A stretch of DNA of 64,000 nucleotides from Octopus sinensis (taxonomy: Eukaryota): contig NC_042999.1 of NCBI RefSeq assembly GCF_006345805.1, positions 87,854,001 to 87,918,000 of the forward strand, in the 5' to 3' direction. A program made the position numbers and the translations under genes. A model generated the notes under the pieces. That model saw nothing but the letters and a program-made list of their open reading frames with translations, was not told the origin of the DNA and did no database searches. Below, in pieces: positions 1-11,404 of this stretch (the stretch's first letter is position 1; each line of letters opens with the position of its first letter).

Positions 1-886
1 AACCAGTTAACTATATGTGATTGTGATATAATGTCTCACGCTTCATACATACAGATCGATCATTCAATGTTATACACTATGTAATCTGTTAAAGGAAGCA
101 TTATATACCATCAGCATTCAATGTATAAAATGTACTCTTAGATCTGAAATTTCATGTAACACTTAAAGTCCCATACATCATATTTTAAACCAGTTAATAC
201 AAGAAATGTACTTAAACCATTATGTGATGTGAAAAACTGTTTTTATTTATGTGAAGAATACAAGCAATGTTATTTTGAATTTCCTTTTAAATGTGCCATT
301 AATGTTTATCAATTGAGTCTTACGTTGTAAAGTATCGCCTTTTTATATTGATGTCATATTTGGGTCACCAAATTTTTGGGTATTCTTTCTTGATGTGTCA
401 TGCGAATGTTATAGGTGGTTTGGTTTGTAAGATAATGAAACTTGCTCTACAAGATATGATCATTGAAATCCGTTTATGTATGAGATGAAATAATCAGATA
501 TGAGAAGTATCTCTCAAATGGTTTATTGTATTTCAGTGAAATAAGATCGGATTTTTTTCTGTTTTATTGAGAAATCTCTAGAAGCGCTGCTTCATAATAA
601 AGTGTCTACTGAATGTTATTATATATATGTATGTATATGTGTGGGAGACCGTGTTTTCCCTGAATCCTGACACTTAGTATGTCTATGATCTATGAGGTAC
701 ACATCGCAATTACATAAATGAACAAGTAATTTCACTGACAGCGGGGAGGGTAACGTTTTGAATTACAAAATGAAAATGGGATAAAATATAAAAATTTAAG
801 AATTAAAACGAAATATTAAATGTCGTTTACCGGAAATTTCTGCAATTTAATTAAGCCAAAAACACAACGCTTGTAAACCCCCTATA

Positions 887-2107
887 GCAACTAAGTTCCC
901 GCCGTTTTTTTAAATTTTGGAATTGATTGCGTTTGTAAATTTTGAAATCTATTTTTTTCGAGAATTCTAGTTTTGAATCATTTGGGAATTTATTTTGTAT
1001 TTTTTCTAGTTAATTTTTGTTTATTCTCAGATCATTAAAATGGAATGTCAAGTTAAGGAAAACGAGCATTTTCGACACCTCCTTTTTTTGCTTTTCTAAG
1101 GCCGCAAAAGCTGCTCGCGACATTGGTGCTGTGTATGGAGAGGGTTCCATAGCTGAAAGAACCGCTCGTGATTGGTAAGCCAAGTTCAAAAATGGAAATT
1201 TTGACCTCAAAGACGCACCTCGTTCTGGCCGTCCAGCTGAGTTCGAAGAACGATTAAATCAAATTTTGCACGGATATTCTCGTCAAACAACAAGGGACCT
1301 GGCAGAGAAAATGGAATGCTCCCACACTGCTATAGAGAAGCATCGTCACTCGATGGAAAAGGTTAAGAAGTATGGAGCATGGGTTCCGCATGCTTTAAGT
1401 GGCAACAGCAAAAATCAACTAGCCACAATCTCCGCTGGTTTGCTTGCTCGTCACCGCTCAACTCATGGACACATGCAGCGATTTCTTTACCGAATCGTTA
1501 TTGGCGACGAAAAGTGGTGCCTGTACATCAATATGAAGCAGCGTAAGGAATGACTTAGCCTCGGTAAACAAGCGACACCACGCGTGAAACAAGATCTTCA
1601 TCCGCGTAAAACAATGTTGTGCGTATGGTTGGACTGGGAACTGATTATCCATTATGAATTGCTTATATGGAACCAAACGGTCAACACGGAACACTATCTC
1701 CAACAGATGGAACGACTCAACACGGCTATTTAAGAGAAAAGACCTAATCGACAGCATGGAGTTCTTCTGCTGCACGACAACATATCTCCATTATTACCAA
1801 GGAAGTCATTCAAAGGAAGTGCTGTCACACCCGCTCTACTCTCCTGATTTCCAATTCTTTCGATCTCTTTCAAATGCTATGCGCGGAGTTTCGTTCAATA
1901 CTGATGCAGAATTGAGAGCTTGGTTGGATCAATTTTCCGAGTCGAAATCGGATGATTTCTACCAACGAGGTATTGAAAATCTTGTTGAACGCTGGGAAGC
2001 AACAAGGGTGAATACAATATTGATTAATTAGTTGATATTTTTTATTAAACCTTTAAAAAAATTTAAATCGAAAAAAACCCCGCGGGAACTCAGTTGCCAA
2101 CCCAATA
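887..2107 (+). mobile_element. Mariner (DD34D) DNA transposon, near full length, inactive; left TIR truncated
   Basis: Right TIR 2071-2107 reverse-complements to TATTGGGTTGGCAACTGAGTTCCCGCGGGGTTTTTTT and ends in TA. The left end 887-911 (GCAACTAAGTTCCCGCCGTTTTTTT) matches it but lacks the outer ~10 bp. A transposase pseudogene lies between. Confidence 0.93.
1040..2031 (+). pseudogene. Mariner transposase pseudogene (stops, frameshifts, deletion at the third catalytic Asp)
   Basis: Readable motifs: MECQVKENEHFRHLL, KFKNGNFDLKDAPRSGRP (HTH), WVPHAL, IVIGDEKW, LLLHDN, HPLYSPD, RGIENLVERWE. In-frame stops at ~1175 and ~1551. The LAPSD segment after YSPD is missing. Confidence 0.92.
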
Positions 2108-2449
2108 GCAGAGACACGTTCAGACAAGTATGGACAATCCCGTGAAATTATTAGCCGCCTTGCAAATTTACAGCAAATATTTGATGGTTATGATTGTGAG
2201 TTCTATAACAAGTTTGACCATAGAATTGTTTATTTTTTATGAATTAAATGTTCAACATTGATTTATTCTTTCTAAGTGCTGTAACATTTTTATGATTAAT
2301 ATGTCTTATTCTCAACGAACCATTCCCTGATAACTATATAGATTCTTCAAATACCGGGTGAGTAGAGATAGCTTAAGCATCGTTGGCTATTATTAAAATT
2401 ATTTCGAGGAAAATATTTTATTGATATTTCTGAATATAACTATTTGTAA

Positions 2450-2592
<143 letters not shown>

Positions 2593-5500
2593 ATATGTGT
2601 GTGCGTGTGTGTGTTTTAAAAGGTATGTACGATAATTCATTTTATTAGTCACATACACAATTTGTGTAAGGTGGTTATATACTCATATACACTCACATTA
2701 ATATACCCTTATACATACGTATATATGTATGCGTGTGTATATAAATATATATTCATACATGCATACACATATATAAAATACAGAGACACATTTTATAATG
2801 TTGTAATTTCTGGAGCATCTTATAATTCATCTGAATTTGTATATCATTTTGATACTTGATTGTCAATAAATGCTCCACAGACTCTTAAAGTATGTTAAAA
2901 AGTTTGCCAAATTTATTAAAGGAAGAATCTTATTTTCATTTCTTTTGCCCTTTTCTCCTTTGTTTGAATTTCCATTTTGTTCTTTGTTACTTATTGGTTT
3001 CTTTAGTGGAATAACTTACTCGTAGCCAATACTCATTTTGCAATTATCATAATTACAAAGTTCTACTAGACTTAACACATTTAGCAGCTCGTCTGATATG
3101 TAAAACTTTCTAGATAAATCTTATATTTTAATCTTTTATAGTTGCCATAACAACTATTAGGAGATATGTTTTTGTTTACTATCTCTTCAGTTCTTCATCT
3201 CCATAATTGCAATCTAAATACAATATTTTCATTCAGTTTGGAATATTGCCAAAATAATACTCCAGATGAAAACCAGTAAGCTAGAAACGAATTTGGCTGA
3301 AATCATTTGAGTGTATACTGTAATAATACATAGATAATTCTATGTAATCTGGAATATATATAGCTATGACATTAGTGAAAGCCACACATAAACTGACCTC
3401 GAGATTTTTAAACTGGTATATTTATTTGATTTCTGAAAGAACAAATTTCTATGTGAAATATTGCGCAAATATCATAACTGCATTTGGGGAGTGAAACATA
3501 AACAATTTGTCTTGGATTTTTTCCAGTAGGGGGCGACTCTTCTAACTATAATTTCACGCCAAATTTTATGCTGCGGACTATAAATTGAATATTACAAACC
3601 GAATAAAAGACCATTTGAAGAAAGTTAACAGATCCATTCTATATACATATAATAGAGATGCATAGGCTGACTATTAACTGCATCCATTTGTATCAGACTG
3701 ATACGAAATATTGCAATAAAAAACAATTTATTACTTTTCAAAGCAATTGATAGTATTCCCTAGAAAAATGGAACAGTCACTTGATATAGTATTTGTTAAT
3801 ATAGACTGTTTAAACTTGTTTTCTGTCGTAAATACCATTTCATCAGAGCTATCAGATACTGCCCTCAACACACGAAAGGAAAATGGCTGAGAATTTTTTT
3901 ATTTGATTGTTACTTTTCTCTTTAAATTTTACTTTTTATCTATATTCCTCTTGGAGAATATACACTGTAATAGCGTAATAATATTTAATGTATTTTATGA
4001 TGATAATATTGAGGATGGCGACGATGTAGCAGTTCTAAATCAATTTTACATCAAGTTAAGCGATCGAGGTAATTTAGAAGGCAACCTACTATATTATCTA
4101 TATTATATACAATAAATTATTACATATACAGTAATATTTTGAGCCGTTGAAGCAGTTTCGATTCCCAGTAAATTAACCTATATCATGATCCTAAAGTTGA
4201 TTCTATAGTGACATATGTTAATATCCCCATTTCCCCACTCTTAAAATAAAAACAGGAGTAGGTAGAAATAAGTCAATATGCTATTAAATTTGATTTGCCT
4301 TTGGTGGTGTAAAACAAATTGTCAAAATCCTTAAAAGATTTAATATTCTAATAATTAGGCCACTTAAGATAAATACAGTTTTCACTCAATACGAGATCAC
4401 TGTAAAAAAAGAAAGGCAACTTCGTAATAAGACGGGTTCAATCACAAGGAAATTTTAAATGAAAAATACAAAAAGACAAAACAAAACAAAAATAAAAACG
4501 AAATCTCCGATGGTTCTGTGACCCTGAAAATAACAGAATGTAAACGAGTCCTGTCATGTTTCAGAATAGTTGTGGATTGTATACAATCCCCGGTAAAATG
4601 TAAAAAAAATAGCTTAAAAATAGATATTGAAAAGGATAACATTTACTAAATTTTAAAAATTGTTTGGGTAAATGGCAAATACATGAAATATTGTTCATTT
4701 AAAATATGGTTCATATATATATATATAGACATACTGTAGAAAAATATTTGGAATTTAGTTTAACGGTTATATTTGGAGTGAAAAAGTTTGTAGGGCAGAA
4801 TTTGTTTACAAACAAATTATAACCTCCATGGTGTTTCATGAATAAATAACCATTTTTGCAAGCTTAGTGTACTCCAAATTAGGTTATTCCAAATGTTCGT
4901 TTTAGCGCTGGTACTCGTGTTACTTCTAGCAGGTTTAGCTATCACATAGAATCATCTTTCATTAGTTTGCTAGTATTCTCTAATACTGCTTATTCATTTA
5001 TTAGTCATTGTTAAACATTTCCTTCAAATGGATTTCATAACTAGATTAACTGTATGTAACAAAAAGTGTTGCACATATATTAGGTCAAGTAATCAAACTC
5101 TGTATTCCACGACGATTTAAACTATATTATGTGCTATGATCATAAAAGTTATAATTGTACACACGTGAACATTTCCAAGGCGGAATTTCCATTCATTCTG
5201 AGAGTAAGGTAGTCCTTATTTGCGCGTTAGTAGAATCCCCTATTACATAAGGTCATTCAGTTTGTTCAGGAATATAATGCACCAGTAAGAATATATCCAG
5301 AAAACACAAGATCTGTGTTACTAACAAAACCATTTCCTTGGGTGTGCTATACTTCTTAGCCACTGAGTTAACAGAAGACAGTAGCTCATAGATCAGTATA
5401 TTTTACCACCATGTGAGACAAATATTGGAATACCTTAACTTTTAGTTCATGTACTCACCAAAAGTTAGTGAGATGCTGGTCTTATATAAATCAGTTCGGC

Positions 5501-8500
5501 TGAAAAATATTTAGACAGAGGAATTTTATTCAAATAATTGTAAAGTGTGTTGAATAAGTAACGCAAAGTGCAGGTAATTTTGCTAAATTAACTGGATCTT
5601 CGTATTGGAGGGACTATAGAAGATAATGGTTTTGATGCTTTGATATACCGGAGACTATTTACGATTTACATTTTGCGAAATTCAGCTCCTAGTAGGTCGG
5701 TTTCCAAGAGAGCAATAGAAAAATTTAAGTAAATATATTCAAGTAACATTTTGACCTGTACGTATATTGGTATGCTACCAATATACGCATATTGGTAGCA
5801 GGGATCTGTGAATGTATAGCACTAACATCTCTGTGAAAATGTCATATATATCCACTTTTATGCTGTTAAAGTGGTTGATCCTTCATTGTTGAATACTGCT
5901 GAATATGCATCTGAGTAGAAACTATAAATGTTCGATGCTTAAGTGTTATTTCATTCATGCTAAGTCATAAAAGTATAAGGTAATTTAGCATGGAGGTAAA
6001 ATGAGAAGGTGTGGCGTTCATATAACTTTGTCATCCTAAATGAATTGGAGTTAAACTGGGAGTGGGATACAAATAGAGCCTGATCTCTAAAATCTCATAT
6101 ATATGTCATAATATTTTACCAACATAAAATAACAATGTCACGCCAATTCGTTCGCGACAACGGAAGAAGTGATTTTTACATAATATTTACTAAATTCATT
6201 TATGCCATACAGTCGGAAACATAATGTAATTATACTTAAGAAGTAATTATATTTGAAGGGTACATTCTATTTTAATATACTGAAATCTTGGTTTTTATTT
6301 AGAATACACATTTGGAATTGACTAACAGTCATTTAGGTCAACATTATTGATAGAGAATCGATTTGATAAAATTCAGAGGGTATCAGTTGTCAAGATACTA
6401 AAGTCTGTATGACTCAGTTTAGGTCCCTTAGCTTAAAAAAGGCATTGGTAAGTAATTGGATGTCGCAACGTCACACCATATGCAGCTATAGCAATGCATG
6501 CTTTAAAGGTTGTATTCCTTACATGTAGGGCTAAGTTCAGGTTGTCCCAATTTAACTAAATGAAAGGTAATTCAGCGCATTCTCTTTACATGTTTGCAAT
6601 TTTTATGCTCTCTTCAATGGAAATAAAGCAACAGAACATAGTTGCAAACAGTTAAGATTATTTTCGTGTTTTACTTATTGCGTGCAAGTTTAGAAAAGCG
6701 TACAAAATTAATATATATGTAACAGTGTGTCAGTATATTTACTTTATTAGGCCTCTTTGTTGTTGAATTTAGTTCAATATCAAAGTGATCGTTAGGAGAA
6801 ATGACCAAAAAGTCTCTAGTGTAGTGAGATAGTACGGTCTTTCCATTTGATTCGAAAATTTCCCATCTCATCCAAAGTTAATGAACTGTAAAATAGGTAA
6901 AAGCTGTAATATTGTACGTTCCTTCCTTCTAAAATAAAAGACAGCAATTGTAAAAAAAAAAAAAAACTAATATTGTTATCGTTAAGGCACAATGCTAAGC
7001 TTTTATTAAACACAGTTCGTGATATATTTGGATACATAACTCGAAACTTACACATTTACTAATATTTACATTAATCTGTTTAGTGTTTCCGTAATATATA
7101 TTTCAAGAACGTTGCAATATACAATGATTCTTATGAGTGATTTATCTGAAAAACATGAAATTGCATTTCGTTTCCTGCTTAGGCAAAGGGGAATTCCAGA
7201 GAATGAAGATACAGCTTTCATTGTTGAAAGTTTTGCCATTAGCTGCTAAAGGATATAAAACAGAGACAACAAAAAACCGAACCTAGTTTATGTACTCAAT
7301 TCACCAGAAATGTAATTATATCATCGAAGATTACATCTGGCAGTATTTCTGGAGTTCTTTTCTATAGGAAAAGAGCTGTTTCCCTTTTCATGTCGCATGT
7401 TTCAAAATTAATGTTTCATTTCCAAAACCTGGTTTATTGAGTAGCACAAATTAGAATCTATCTTATTTTTCAAAAATAACATAAATATATAATTTTATTA
7501 TTTGGTGATGAAGATATAATGGTGTTAACAGCCTTGAATCACGAGCTGTTCACATAAAGGATTTAGTAAGGCATTAATTAAGAATGGGAGGAATATTTAG
7601 CTTTTTTTAATCTTAAACCTAAAACTGCGAGAAATGCATAGATTCATAGCAATTAAACTATCGAATTTGCCTTTACATCAAACTACTTTTCCGTCCAATA
7701 ATTGTAATAGATCGACAACTTATTAGAGTCCATTGCTTTTGTCATGGTACCCTATCCTCGTTGATGCGCATGATTGAAACCGGTAAAAAAACCTAATGCT
7801 AATTTAGAAAATGTCTTTATTGCTGTTAAACTGTAAAACATTGAAAGAAATTCAATTAATACAATTATTGATCTTTTAAAAATAGTAAAGCTGCATTTGA
7901 AGTTCCCTAAATATGAAAAGAAAAAAAAAAGAAAATCGTAAAAACAAAGAATCAATTGGTTTATATGTATCATAAACAATAAGGGAAGTTGCATAAACTG
8001 AGCCATTCTTTATTTATTAGGATAAACACGCTCAATAGTATTGTGCTATTTTTACTATAATATTACTGAAAATAGTTTGAAGATTATGTGTCGCCTTGGT
8101 ATTTTCTTTCCTTTTTATATATTCTGCTCAAATTCCCAATACTCTCTCCCTCTCACTTTCTCTCTTAATCGGCATATCGATCGATCCATATATATATACG
8201 CAAACACATATATGACATACTAAATGTAATCAAGGATTCTTTTTGACCTAATGTATGAGCATATAATGATTATGTAGACGAGACAGAAGCAAAGGACCGA
8301 TATAGCAGGGTAAAAGTAACATTTCGAGGTTTCAGCTAACAAATAACATAGGCTTTAATTATTAAATAAATTTAAAAGTTACATGGTAAATGGTTTCAAA
8401 AGGTTATGAGGGTACTGAAAACACTTGTGTACTTGCAATAAATCTGTGGGTGACATATTTTTCATGCACACGTCTGAAATAGTTTGTTGATATATTACTT

Positions 8501-9769
8501 GCAATTGATAAATATATTTTTGTCTTCACCTATTGAAGATGATATGGAGAAAAACATAAACGATACTGTTCTCTATATTTTTTTTATTTACAGTAGATCT
8601 TAAGACCAGTCAGTCATTTTCTTATCTCGAAATGCCCTTGCTTAATGATTCAAGTCACTATTAATCAATGGCGTACATATATTTGATCGATTTTTATGTT
8701 GTGTTGAAGCCTATAAATTATGAAACGTCTGTGTTATTAATAAATTCAATGCACATAGATACAGACAATTTCTGAAAATAGAACATCAATCAATAACAGT
8801 TAAATTTCCATAATTAAAAACAATGTATATGCTCTAATAAAAAATTGTTTCACTTATGTGAGCTCATCTTTTCAAAATTATATTTTATATTTACTCACAT
8901 AACATTTCTTCTTAGAATCATTGAATTCTATAAACAATTCTACTGATTAGATAATGCTAGAGTTCGGTGCAACGGTTTATGTTGGTAGATATCTCCAAGA
9001 AAGTTTCTTTGGTTTAGAAACAAGACAGATCATCAATTTTGGTAAATAATGTGAATTAAGCTGAAATTAAGTAGTATAGAATTACTTCATAATTATTAAG
9101 AATTTCTTATTAGAATTTGTATTTATATTACTTTCCACACCGTATAGAGCAAACGATATTAAAAGACGATATAGTATTCTGTTACATTCGATGACAACCT
9201 GATTGCTAATCCCACCGGGTTCGACTTTACGTTTCGTCCTTTTAGCTTTAATAAACTGACTACCAGTCAAGTAAAACTTGTTACAGTATTATTGCAACGA
9301 AGATAATGCAGTAGGACATAGATTCCATTGTTGGCGGGTTATCTTGATAAAATAATCAACATCACACTAGAGAGCATTGAAAGACAAACTAGACTGAAAA
9401 ACTAAAAACAAAAATGATTAACAATAATGTAGCTAAACACATAAGAATGTATTAACTATAAATTCGATCTTAAAACTCTTTTCTGTGAATCAACAGAGTA
9501 TAATTAATTTAATAATGATCTAATATCAAAAGAAATTTGCCCATAAGGGTAAAGCTATTCCATTTACTATCTACATATACATAATCTTACTGTAATCTTA
9601 CCTTTATCTGAGTAGCTACAATGGATAACACTACGTGTTTGAATGGTACCAAACTATGTCTATACAAGAAGTAAACAATTTTCTCTAGTACAGTTCTATA
9701 TTTAAGAGATGAGGAATTATATACATTATTCACATTTGACGGATATTTGTCCTCATCTTGTTTGTTGTT

Positions 9770-9815
9770 AACACAACGTTTCGGCTGATGTGCCCTCCAG
9801 CCTTCATCAGGTGTC
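9770..9815 (-). ncRNA. Minimal type-I hammerhead ribozyme motif (PLE-type, palindromic helix III)
   Basis: Minus strand reads GACAC-CUGAUGA-A-GGCUG(gagggcacau)CAGCC-GAAAC-GUU-GUGUU. Stem I is GACAC/GUGUU, stem II is GGCUG/CAGCC, the core is intact, and helix III is the AACGUU palindrome. Confidence 0.75.
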
Positions 9816-9881
9816 TTAGAGAAATTTTGAACCTGGGTTCTCATTCCTAAGGTATTTTTCGATGTTATTATTATTCAGGGA

Positions 9882-9885
<4 letters not shown>

Positions 9886-9940
<55 letters not shown>

Positions 9941-9970
9941 TAATAATAATAATAATAATAATAACAATAA
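9886..9970. repeat. (AAT)n microsatellite inside the right arm of the palindromic element
   Basis: Direct reading; the left arm has only ~4 units. Confidence 0.97.
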
Positions 9971-10022
9971 CAACATCGAAAGATACCTTAGGAATGAGAA
10001 TCCAGGTTCGAAAGTTCCCCGA

Positions 10023-10068
10023 GACACCTGATGAAAGCTGGAGGGTATATCAGCCGAAACGTTGTGTT
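10023..10068 (+). ncRNA. Minimal hammerhead ribozyme motif, second copy (A-C mismatch at base of stem II)
   Basis: GACAC-CTGATGA-A-AGCTG(gagggtatat)CAGCC-GAAAC-GTT-GTGTT. Confidence 0.7.
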
Positions 10069-10145
10069 AACAACAAAAAAGATGGGCAAATATCCGTCAA
10101 ATGTAAATAATTTAAATAATTTTCTCTAGCATAGTTCTGGCTACG

Positions 10146-10478
10146 CTGCCATGCAGGCGGCACCACCTTGAAGAATGTTTAGCCGAATGAATTAACTTCT
10201 CAGTACTATTTTTCGAACCGCTAGGTTACGAAGATGTAAACACACTAACACCGGTTGTCAGGTGCTAGTGGGGAATAAAAACCGATACAAAGACACACAG
10301 ACACACGTGCACACACGTACACATGCATACACACGCATACACAGGGTTTCCCTTTACCAAATTCACTCACAAGGTTTTGGTCGGTTCGAGCAGACACTTT
10401 CCCAAGGTGCCATGTAGTGGGACTGAACCCGGAATCATGCTGTTGAAAAGCAAGCTGCTTCACACACAGCCACGCCCA
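10146..10478 (-). mobile_element. tRNA-head SINE, family A (internal CA/TG microsatellite), diverged
   Basis: Minus-strand head carries a GGTTCAGTCCC B-box-like motif. Body and tail align by eye with copies at 20262-20668, 24704-24805, 37203-37634 and 44354-44452. Confidence 0.85.
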
Positions 10479-11404
10479 CGTCTACTATACTAAGTATATT
10501 TTCAGCATGATGTGTGGTACGCATTGACATACTTAGAATAACAACATTTGGTTTAGTAAAAATATAGAGAGAGATCATTGTATATTTGTGCATCAAAGGA
10601 AACGAAAAGAGTTCTGTTTTCTTGATTTTCCAATGTGACAGAGATATTTAAAACTTTATCAAAAACCTCTAAAGTTGCTCTATATAAACTAGATAGCAGC
10701 TATACTAGGATTCTGGATCTTTCTATGATATGGAAAGAAGCACTGAATACAGCCTAGTTTCAGGCAAACATCTGAAACTGGGAAAGAATATACACTGAAT
10801 AGATTTGTTTACGCTTCGAAAGCAATAGAAAACCGAACACTTTAATTACGTTGAAGAATATTAGAAGTGAAGTGAAATAGTTATGCATTTATTCATCCGT
10901 ATACTAAATGATTATTGGAGAAGTTCTTGAAAAATTGTGTATTCAGTATTAAATTGCACTTTGAAGATTTACATCTATTTCTACCCTCATTTTGAGAAGA
11001 AAAATATGGTGAAAAGAAAGGATGATTGAAGGAAATATACTGCATTGTTAGCTATGATATAGGAGAGAAGCATATATTTAGCTAGTTATATGCTAATGGT
11101 TATAAAATAAAAAGAACTATCAATCTATGAAAACTAAGAAGATACATGTTGTTTCATATAGTTATATATATACTAGTTAGTTAATAAAAAAGGTGGTACC
11201 GACAAGCACTTATATTAAAAGGTAAATATCGCATGGTATGTATCACATCCATTCAAATCTGTAGGATTAACGTTGAATTTAACTGTTACAAACACCATTC
11301 GATGAATCCGTTGCGGGACTAATTACATGAAACCTCCTGCTATAGAACTAATATTATTTACCATAAGTCCCATATTAACATCATAGTCCATGAGCCACGT
11401 CAGC

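Larger units (their letters stand above)
9689..10117. mobile_element. Palindromic non-autonomous Penelope-like terminal-repeat element (head-to-head inverted duplication) with 12-bp flanking direct repeat
   Basis: Arms 9689-9879 and 9882-10117 are reverse complements joined at TCAGG-GA-CCTGA. AATTTTCTCTAG occurs at both 9677-9688 and 10118-10129. A third, single copy of the unit is at 31326-31698. Each arm contains a hammerhead motif. Confidence 0.8.

Noticed and set aside
6135-6180. CCAAT, CGCG and CGGAAG motif cluster; CGCGACAACG recurs at ~51330
   Set aside because: Short motifs with no adjacent supported gene start; cannot be distinguished from chance.
7180-7800. Faint resemblance to a Mutator-like transposase (GIPENEDTAFIVESF)
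   Set aside because: One short motif only; no DDE residues or TIRs could be confirmed.
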